13,370 nt of DNA, taken from NCBI GenBank assembly GCA_037442925.1, contig JBBIPG010000062.1:1-13370 (forward strand), given 5' to 3'. The first letter of the stretch is position 1, and the number at the start of each line of letters is the position of its first letter. The notes below the pieces were generated by a model, which ran no database searches, was not told where the DNA came from, and was given only the letters and a program-made list of their open reading frames with translations. This document shows positions 1 through 6,251 of the stretch, one piece after another. The translations under genes and the position numbers were made by a program. Origin of the DNA: Candidatus Fraserbacteria bacterium. GTDB lineage: Bacteria > Bipolaricaulota > Bipolaricaulia > RBG-16-55-9.

Positions 1-114
1 GAACAGACGGAGGAGTGGCTCACGGGTCCTCGCTACTTGGACATGAGGGTGCTAGAGGAGGTGGTCTTAACCGCAGTGAGTCCTGAAGGAGCCCAATTTA
101 CACACCATACTTGA
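1..114 (+). CDS. IS256-family transposase, C-terminal 37 aa (truncated by window start)
   Basis: Manual translation EQTEEWLTGPRYLDMRVLEEVVLTAVSPEGAQFTHHT*; the TGA stop at 112-114 lies inside the terminal IR. Confidence 0.8.
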   Translation, partial: EQTEEWLTGPRYLDMRVLEEVVLTAVSPEGAQFTHHT

Positions 115-121
115 CACAACC
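1..121 (+). mobile_element. IS256-family insertion sequence, right end (partial)
   Basis: Frame 1 reads EQTEEWLTGPRYLDM..., matching the 'E..EEW..G.RYL.M' C-terminus of IS256/mutator transposases. It is followed by AATTTACACACCATACTTGACACAACC (95-121), which has the TTTACAC...TTGACAC..CC form of IS256-family right inverted repeats. Confidence 0.85.
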
Positions 122-210
122 TGGGGGTATGTCAAGGAAGAAGATAGAAGAAGTAGCAAGTTGGTCACTGGCACACTGTTTGATGTAGACGGTATCATCT
201 ATGTAAAGCC

Positions 211-1137
211 ATGAATGATGGATCTGCTAAAGTTCAGAAGTGGAAGCTCGATCAGCTTTTTAAGAGCTTACTCTTCCATCAAAAACTCCATGAGTGGGGG
301 CTTCTCGAGATGGCAGAGGAGATTGAGAAGATTCGTGGAGAAAAACTTGACTGGAATAAGGAGCGGCTACATATCGCTGAGGATGCTTGGAATAAGACGA
401 TCCACAGGGGAATTAAGCCTGTCCGGGTGTTTGCACATCCTAAGGTTTTGGTTAGGAACCCCAAGCGTGTAAGTTATTACAGGATGCTCTCGATGGCCTC
501 TCAAAAGTCTATGCAGAATATTGGCCTCACAGTCAAGAACCATGAAGAAGGCAGAGCGAAACTTGAGGAACCAATCGCGCTCACTATTGCACAACGTCTC
601 AACGAGCTCATCAGTTCTATCATTGAGATGGATCAAGTCCTCAACGAACGAGAGCTGGACTTATGGCGCGCGATGGCAGCTGGCACTCAAGCTCAAGGCA
701 CTGCTCAAAATATCAAAGGGAGCAAGGCTGAAGGTTCGGTTAAGAAATTGGTTAGAGAGCATATCATCTCACATGCCCTCGGAACTTTCAAGAAAAATAG
801 TGCTCTATTAAAGGATGGGCGTAAAGTTATTTTTGGAAGTGATCCTGATATCGGGATATACAGAGATGAAAAGATTGAGTCCTCTACCGAGATAAAGGGA
901 GGTATTGATGCTGCTGGCATCCATGAACGACGTGGGGCAGCGTTAAAGAGCTTCCAGAATGCAAAAGATCAAAACGAGGCTAGCATCAATATCCTCGTCT
1001 TGCCTACCATCGCACTCACTTCACAAGCTAAAGCCGCAATCGAAAAATCGGATATTATAGATTGCCACTTTGATATTGAGGAACTCTTAAAAGATCCGAA
1101 TGTCCAGGAGAAGTTTTTCCAGCTTTTAGGCCTCTAG
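211..1137 (+). CDS. Type II restriction endonuclease, XcyI-like family (PD-(D/E)xK)
   Basis: 308 aa. SDPDI...EIKGG.D...IHER.G.A.KS resembles the XcyI-family catalytic region, and YYRML.M.SQK is also family-like. Convergent with a DNA methyltransferase, overlapping it by 12 bp. No obvious Shine-Dalgarno (SD). Confidence 0.8.
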   Translation: MNDGSAKVQKWKLDQLFKSLLFHQKLHEWGLLEMAEEIEKIRGEKLDWNKERLHIAEDAWNKTIHRGIKPVRVFAHPKVLVRNPKRVSYYRMLSMASQKSMQNIGLTVKNHEEGRAKLEEPIALTIAQRLNELISSIIEMDQVLNERELDLWRAMAAGTQAQGTAQNIKGSKAEGSVKKLVREHIISHALGTFKKNSALLKDGRKVIFGSDPDIGIYRDEKIESSTEIKGGIDAAGIHERRGAALKSFQNAKDQNEASINILVLPTIALTSQAKAAIEKSDIIDCHFDIEELLKDPNVQEKFFQLLGL

Positions 1138-2475
1138 TTTCCAGATAACAATACTCTCTCGAACGGGCACTCTCCCATACTTTTTCATTTGTTGAGAGCT
1201 GTTTCCCTTATATCGGCTAACGATTATATTGCAAACCTTGAAGCCTGCTTCCTCAGCAAAGTCTGACAGAACCAAGTCAACTGGGATCATTTCACCTTCG
1301 AAGCGGACATTATCCACGACCATTGCTACTTGCGCACCTGGCGCTAAGACTCGCGCCCATTCACGGATTGTCTTCTCCATATCAATAAAATAAGCAGTAA
1401 TCATGAGGGGTATGCGTGGATTATTTAACTCTTCGCTCTTCTCTTCCAGAGCCCTGACAACTTCTTGGATGACTGGGTGATTAGGAACCTCCTTTGGATC
1501 TACTTTCGACTCGATGTGGGACCGTAGTATGCCAAACCGGATATCCTTCAGTTCTTCAAAATTCTTGACAAAGTGGAAGCAAAGTTCGAGCGAGTAGCTC
1601 CGAGTGTAGTCATATCGGTTAACATACGGTGGAGAAGTAAAAATCGCCGTGGGTGCTTTCTCAAAGAGAGTGTTTGAGAGATCCCGCGTATCACCGAGAT
1701 GAATTTCCGGAAGGCAACTCCTCGACCACTTCCCATTGAAGATTCTCTTTGCATGAGAAAGATCCTGTTCTGCCTGCCTTACCTTACGGCAAAGAGCATC
1801 TTCAACTTGCGGGAGTTTCTTGTCTCGCTTTAACCTCAAGAATTGACCATCCTTTGAGGTATGGCTTGTCTCTTCTAAGATGGAAAAGAATAGAAGCAAG
1901 AAAATATCACGCATTGGATTTGAGAGTTCATCGATTGCACCTTTCCATTGGCGCAACTTGTCAAGTGTTGCCTCTGGGAAAGCTACATTCATGATGGCCA
2001 CGTCTAAAGCCACCTCAGCAAACTTAGCTTTAGGCGCTCTTTGTCGAAGCATTTGGAACGTCTGTTCTATGTCCCCAGGCTCCACGAGCAAGAATGTGGG
2101 AATCGTTTGAGCAATGAAGGCCGCCAATGGCAATTTATCTACCCCAATTGAGGGAATGCCTTTGATGAACGAACAGAAGGTTGTCGTCCCCATTCCTACA
2201 AAAGGATCAAATACATAGTCAGCCTCAGTCAATTCAAAGCGCCTTATAAATTCGTTCACAAAACTGTAGGCAAATGCCTCCTTATACCTGTAGAGCCTGA
2301 GCAACGGAATCTTTTTGTTCCCCATGTAGGAAACTAGATTACCTAACTCAAGCTCTTCGCTAATGAGCGAAGCAAATTTCTCCTCAATCCGCTGACGCTC
2401 GTCTTGCCTCAGAAGGGATAAGTTAGCCTGGGGCTTCGATTCGTGAAATAACGATGAAGTAGACTCGTGCCTCAT
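1126..2475 (-). CDS. DNA methyltransferase, N4-cytosine type (amino-MTase, motif I before motif IV)
   Basis: SAM-binding motif FDPFVGMGTT near the N-terminus and catalytic TSPPY later. Start placed at ATG 2475 (MRHES...) because the ORF-track TTG at 2493 lies inside the promoter. Confidence 0.9.
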   Translation of the reverse strand: MRHESTSSLFHESKPQANLSLLRQDERQRIEEKFASLISEELELGNLVSYMGNKKIPLLRLYRYKEAFAYSFVNEFIRRFELTEADYVFDPFVGMGTTTFCSFIKGIPSIGVDKLPLAAFIAQTIPTFLLVEPGDIEQTFQMLRQRAPKAKFAEVALDVAIMNVAFPEATLDKLRQWKGAIDELSNPMRDIFLLLFFSILEETSHTSKDGQFLRLKRDKKLPQVEDALCRKVRQAEQDLSHAKRIFNGKWSRSCLPEIHLGDTRDLSNTLFEKAPTAIFTSPPYVNRYDYTRSYSLELCFHFVKNFEELKDIRFGILRSHIESKVDPKEVPNHPVIQEVVRALEEKSEELNNPRIPLMITAYFIDMEKTIREWARVLAPGAQVAMVVDNVRFEGEMIPVDLVLSDFAEEAGFKVCNIIVSRYKGNSSQQMKKYGRVPVRESIVIWKLEA

Positions 2476-2483
2476 ATGCTTGT

Positions 2484-2512
2484 AGTATAGCAAGCTAATA
2501 CGCCTTTGTTAA
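2484..2512 (-). promoter_or_regulatory. sigma70-type promoter (proximal) for the methyltransferase, probably leaderless
   Basis: Minus strand reads TTAACA(2512-2507)-N17-TATACT(2489-2484) with an extended-10 TG. The ATG is 8 nt downstream and there is no SD. Confidence 0.7.
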
Positions 2513-2627
2513 GGACCGCTTAGCACCAGTAATCTTAGGCAAATTCCACGGTTGCTTCTGAAACTCGGGCCAGAACTCACCAGCGAAGTCAAGGCCAAGT
2601 CGATGATACCCGTTACCATCATTTACA

Positions 2628-2656
2628 ATTATACTCGGTCAGCCATAGAAAGTCAA
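2628..2656 (-). promoter_or_regulatory. near-consensus sigma70 promoter (distal), pointing toward the methyltransferase
   Basis: Minus strand reads TTGACT(2656-2651)-N17-TATAAT(2633-2628). Confidence 0.8.
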
Positions 2657-2813
2657 GAAGTCTTAGGGTTCAAACCGAGACCCCCATCACGAACACCATG
2701 TTTGCTCGCCCTTAGCGCTTCCCCTACCATGACAACTCATAACGGTGTAAGAACGCTCATGGTGTCCGTAGTGGCCGTGGTCTTCGCGAATCTTCAACCC
2801 GCGCATCCGATTG

Positions 2814-2849
2814 AGATAGATAGATAGACAGATAGCTAGTTAGCTACGT
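2814..2849. repeat. degenerate tetranucleotide tandem repeat (AGNT)n
   Basis: AGAT AGAT AGAT AGAC AGAT AGCT AGTT AGCT ACGT, read directly from the sequence. Confidence 0.75.
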
Positions 2850-2886
2850 TGAGCGATTTTGACGCAGATCTAGAAGCATCATATAC

Positions 2887-2923
2887 TTGACAGTTGACGA
2901 CTCCAGCAGGTATGTAATAAGCT
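2887..2923 (+). promoter_or_regulatory. candidate sigma70 promoter for the two membrane genes
   Basis: Tandem -35 boxes TTGACA (2887) and TTGACG (2894). AT-rich -10 candidates include TAAGCT (2918-2923), 18 nt after TTGACG. A strong SD, AAGGAGGTGA, lies at 2939-2948. Confidence 0.45.
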
Positions 2924-2959
2924 AATCGCAGCAAAAGTAAGGAGGTGAGCCCGGTAGCG

Positions 2960-3247
2960 ATGAATTGGACCCTGGCAGGTGGCGTTCTCATCGGGGCTCT
3001 TTGCGCATTCCTCATCATGAGTGAACCCGATTTCTGGACCGCGCTCAAACGGCAGCGTTGGCAACTGCTACGCTTTGTTGTCTATTTCATCCTGGCTGCT
3101 CTTCCGTTCATCGGAAGTGCTCAGACGTGGCGGGTGGGTTTCCTCTTGGGGTTGGTGAGCGAGGCCATCGTGAGCATGCGACTGAACCGAGTAGCGCATC
3201 TCTTCGAAGCCATGCAGATGACAAAACCAAGTGAAGAAGGGGGATAA
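2960..3247 (+). CDS. small hypothetical membrane protein (~95 aa, about 3 TM helices)
   Basis: Three hydrophobic segments separated by basic loops. The SD upstream contains the ORF-track GTG (2945), so ATG 2960 is preferred. The next gene starts 3 nt after the stop. Confidence 0.65.
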   Translation: MNWTLAGGVLIGALCAFLIMSEPDFWTALKRQRWQLLRFVVYFILAALPFIGSAQTWRVGFLLGLVSEAIVSMRLNRVAHLFEAMQMTKPSEEGG

Positions 3248-3250
3248 TTC

Positions 3251-3874
3251 ATGGAGTATCCGGAGGAGCTGAGCCGACAGGCAAGATGGGGGATCACAGT
3301 GGGCGTTGTCATCCTACTCATCGGTCTCTTATTTGGCCCCTCATCGCCTGTGAGCAAAGAGGATTTCACTCAATTGACGACGAAAGTGGATGAGACCAGT
3401 AAGAGTGTGAGCACACTCCAAACGGACGTGAAAGCCATTCAGAACAAGGTCAATGGCTATGAAAGTCCGCTAAACGAGGTCAAGACGAAGGTAGGCGCAT
3501 TGGAGCCCAAGGTCACGGCTCTGGAAGAGACGTTGAATGCGATATCCAGCCTCATCGACCAGGTCAAGGCCGAGGTGAATGGCCTCTCCGAGATGAAGCC
3601 GCAAGTCGATCAACTGCAAAAGACAATCGCACGCCTGGAAGCCAGCTTTTCAGAGAAATTTCGGCTCGACGTATCGGTGGTCTTACAAGATGCCCAACTC
3701 GATGAGACAGGAAATCCCTCATGCCCTCCGTCTTACGTGGCTGTGAAACTGCTCAATGACAGCGATGTCGCCTTTCTCCGCCAGATGGGAGTAGATAAGA
3801 ACGGCGATGGAATCATCTGTCTGCGCCCAGCTCTCCTTGCCCCAAGCGACCTCCTCCAACCTTCAGGAGAGTGA
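3251..3874 (+). CDS. membrane-anchored coiled-coil protein with C-terminal Cys-flanked DxNGDG (putative Ca-binding) motif
   Basis: N-terminal TM (WGITVGVVILLIGLLFG), about 95 aa of heptad-like helix, and a C-terminal CPPSY...VDKNGDGIIC. Purine-rich SD GAAGGGGG upstream. Confidence 0.75.
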   Translation: MEYPEELSRQARWGITVGVVILLIGLLFGPSSPVSKEDFTQLTTKVDETSKSVSTLQTDVKAIQNKVNGYESPLNEVKTKVGALEPKVTALEETLNAISSLIDQVKAEVNGLSEMKPQVDQLQKTIARLEASFSEKFRLDVSVVLQDAQLDETGNPSCPPSYVAVKLLNDSDVAFLRQMGVDKNGDGIICLRPALLAPSDLLQPSGE

Positions 3875-3879
3875 TGCGA

Positions 3880-5847
3880 TCACTTCCCCTTGAACTCAGG
3901 CTTCTTCTTGCTTAAGAAGGCCGTGGTGCCTTCGATCATATCTTCGGTGCTGAAGAGAAGCCCAAAGGCTTCTCGTTCCAAGAAGAGAGCGGCTTCCATG
4001 GGGGCTTCGCTACCCCAATCGATCACGCGCTTCGATAAGCGGATCGCCACCGGCGGCCCGGCTGCGAGTTTTTCAGCAAAGGCCCGCACTTCACCCTCAA
4101 AGCGCTCGTTGTCGATGGCTCTGTTGACGAGCCCCCACTGAGCAGCCTGCTCCGCCGGGATGCGTTCTCCGAGCATCACCAGCTCTTTCGTGCGGGCTGC
4201 GCCGATGAGCCGGACTAAGCGTTGAGTCCCTCCGCCACCGGGGATGAGCCCCAAGTGAATCTCTGGCTGACCCAGCTCGGAACGCTTGGAAGCCATACGA
4301 AAATCACACGCCAGTGCCAGCTCCAGTCCGCCCCCCAGCGCGTAGCCGTCAATGGCGGCGATGACAGGCTTCGGACACTGCATGGGCGCGTTGAAAAATT
4401 CGCCCAACTCCGCAAACTGATACGGCTTCCCACCCGCGAATTCTGTGATATCGGCCCCGGCAGAGAACGCTTTGCCTCCGGCTCCGCGGACGACGATGAC
4501 TCTCACCGCGTCGTTCTTACCCAATTCGTCAAAGGCATGAGGCAGCTCCTCGCGCATTTCCGAGTTGATTGCGTTCAAACGATGAGGTCGATTGAGCGTG
4601 ATCCAAGCGATTTTCTTGCTGTCGATCTCCACCTGAATGGACTTGTACTCCCGCGCTCCAGAGCCCTTTTCACCATACTCGTAGAAGCCACGGCCGGCGG
4701 CTCGTCCCGTGCGCCCTTCCTTGACCATGTGCTCGAGCAACTGCGAAGGCTTGTATCGCTCATCACCATGCTTCTTGTGCAGTTCTCGGAGTGCATTGAG
4801 AAGCTTGTCTAAGCCGATGCGATCCGCTCGCTGGAGGATGCCTTCTGGAAAGCCCGCGCCCAGCTGCACGGCGAGATCAATATCTTCGGCCTTTGTCACT
4901 TTTTGCTCCAGCAACTGACAGGCCTCGTTGACCATGAGCGCATAGATGGGAGTGGGATCAAACGTTTCACCTGCTTCGCGGGGGTAGTTCGCGCCGCCGT
5001 TCTTGTAGTTGTAGAAGCCGATGCTAGTTTTGCGGCCCAGCTTGTTCTGCTTGACCATCTCCTCGAGGAGCGGCGGTATTGCCAATCCGGCCTCTTTGGT
5101 GAGATGGTATCCGATGTCGATGCCCGTGAGGTCTTGCAACTCGAAGGGGCCCATGGGGAACCCCTCATGGTATTTCATGCGACTGTCGATCTCTTGTACC
5201 GTGGCCTCTCCTCGGGAAGCGATCCAATCCGCCTCGAGCATGAAGGGTCCCACCAGCACGCGGTTGACGATGAAGCCGAAGACGTCTTTTTCGACGCGAA
5301 TGGGCGTCTTACCCATCTTCTTTGCCAGAGCCACCGTCAGTTGCATGGCTTCTTCGCTTGTCTTTCCGCCTTTGATGACTTCGACAAGGGCCATCTTGAC
5401 GGGCGGATTGAAAAAGTGCATCCCGACGACTTGGGCGGGGCGCTGGGTAGACTTGCTGATCTCTGTAACACTGAGCGAACTGGTGTTGGTGGCCAGGATG
5501 GCATGTTTAGGGGCGTACTTATCCAGATTGCTAAAGAGCTCTTTCTTGAGTTTCATGATCTCCGGTGCGGCCTCGATGACGAAGTCTGCCTTCTCAACGG
5601 TTGCTTTGATATCCACAAGAGGGGTGATGCGTTTGAGAGTTTGCTGGGCTTTTTCGGCTGTGAGGGTTCCCTTTTCGACGAATTTGTTTAGGCTCCACTC
5701 GATTTGTTTATAGCCCTTCTGGACGAGTTCTTCGTTGATGTCGCGCATCTTGACTTCGTAGCCGGCCAGCGCCGCGAGTTCCGCGATGCCATGGCCCATC
5801 GTGCCGGCTCCGATGACGGCAATGGTCTTGATCTCTTCGAATTTCAC
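3880..5847 (-). CDS. bifunctional 3-hydroxyacyl-CoA dehydrogenase / enoyl-CoA hydratase (dehydrogenase N-terminal, crotonase C-terminal)
   Basis: GAGTMGHG Rossmann motif, ATNTSS, HFFNP and a duplicated HAD C-terminal domain (GFPMGPF / GFPEGIL). The crotonase domain has LNRPHRLNA, FSAGADI, GGGLEL and QPEIHLG. GTG start with SD GAGGTGA. Confidence 0.96.
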   Translation of the reverse strand: MKFEEIKTIAVIGAGTMGHGIAELAALAGYEVKMRDINEELVQKGYKQIEWSLNKFVEKGTLTAEKAQQTLKRITPLVDIKATVEKADFVIEAAPEIMKLKKELFSNLDKYAPKHAILATNTSSLSVTEISKSTQRPAQVVGMHFFNPPVKMALVEVIKGGKTSEEAMQLTVALAKKMGKTPIRVEKDVFGFIVNRVLVGPFMLEADWIASRGEATVQEIDSRMKYHEGFPMGPFELQDLTGIDIGYHLTKEAGLAIPPLLEEMVKQNKLGRKTSIGFYNYKNGGANYPREAGETFDPTPIYALMVNEACQLLEQKVTKAEDIDLAVQLGAGFPEGILQRADRIGLDKLLNALRELHKKHGDERYKPSQLLEHMVKEGRTGRAAGRGFYEYGEKGSGAREYKSIQVEIDSKKIAWITLNRPHRLNAINSEMREELPHAFDELGKNDAVRVIVVRGAGGKAFSAGADITEFAGGKPYQFAELGEFFNAPMQCPKPVIAAIDGYALGGGLELALACDFRMASKRSELGQPEIHLGLIPGGGGTQRLVRLIGAARTKELVMLGERIPAEQAAQWGLVNRAIDNERFEGEVRAFAEKLAAGPPVAIRLSKRVIDWGSEAPMEAALFLEREAFGLLFSTEDMIEGTTAFLSKKKPEFKGK

Positions 5848-5897
5848 GGACGATCACCTCAAATAGAGTTTCAGGAGAGCTTGATCTTTATACGGGC

Positions 5898-5906
5898 ATT
5901 ATAGCA
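5898..5906 (-). promoter_or_regulatory. extended -10 promoter for the HAD/ECH gene
   Basis: Minus strand TGCTATAAT, a perfect TGnTATAAT, about 50 nt upstream of the start. Weak -35 candidate TTGTAA at 18 nt. Confidence 0.6.
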
Positions 5907-5930
5907 GCGTGAGAAATTGGTTTACAAATA

Positions 5931-5960
5931 TTGACAGCCCCTCAACAAAGCAACTACAAT
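5931..5960 (+). promoter_or_regulatory. sigma70 promoter for the MTH865-like/thiolase operon
   Basis: TTGACA(5931-5936)-N18-TACAAT(5955-5960), back-to-back with the HAD/ECH promoter. Confidence 0.7.
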
Positions 5961-5984
5961 GATTCCACAAATGGAGGTGTTCTT

Positions 5985-6239
5985 ATGGGTACACGTGAAG
6001 ATCTAGAAAAGCAGCTCAAAGACATCTTCGGGAAGGCCAAGTACCCCGTGAGAAGCGTCATGGACTTACTGCCCATATTGCCCCAGGGCCCCATGACCCG
6101 ATTCACCGCAGGGAGCAAATCCTGGACTGCCATGGAGCTCTCTCAGAAACTGGCCGGACGCGCACGCTTTCCCTATAACGACGTCAATACGTTCGTGAAG
6201 GACATCCTCGACGGCCTCTCACAAGCTGGCGATCTTTAG
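5985..6239 (+). CDS. MTH865-like family protein (84 aa)
   Basis: F..A.YPV.S.MDLLP.LP.GP.T.F......TAMEL......FPY pattern recalled from archaeal MTH865-family proteins. SD GGAGGTG precedes ATG 5985; the ORF-track TTG at 5931 is the -35 box. Confidence 0.8.
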   Translation: MGTREDLEKQLKDIFGKAKYPVRSVMDLLPILPQGPMTRFTAGSKSWTAMELSQKLAGRARFPYNDVNTFVKDILDGLSQAGDL

Positions 6240-6251
6240 CGTAGCAAGGCC

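Noticed and set aside
169..184. sigma54-like TGGCAC-N5-TTGA upstream of the endonuclease
   Set aside because: The invariant GC at -12 is absent (GA instead).
2552..2827. 91-aa plus-strand ORF in the R-M upstream region
   Set aside because: TTG start without SD, no protein-like pattern, and it runs antisense across a near-consensus promoter.
2960..3874. Holin/spanin (prophage lysis) interpretation of the TM and coiled-coil genes
   Set aside because: No endolysin, lipoprotein o-spanin or other phage gene nearby.
4222..5713. Long plus-strand ORFs (196, 262 and 230 aa) opposite the HAD/ECH gene
   Set aside because: Antisense shadows of a GC-rich, codon-biased gene; no motifs or SD. The same applies to the shadows over both thiolases, the LeuA-like gene and msrA.
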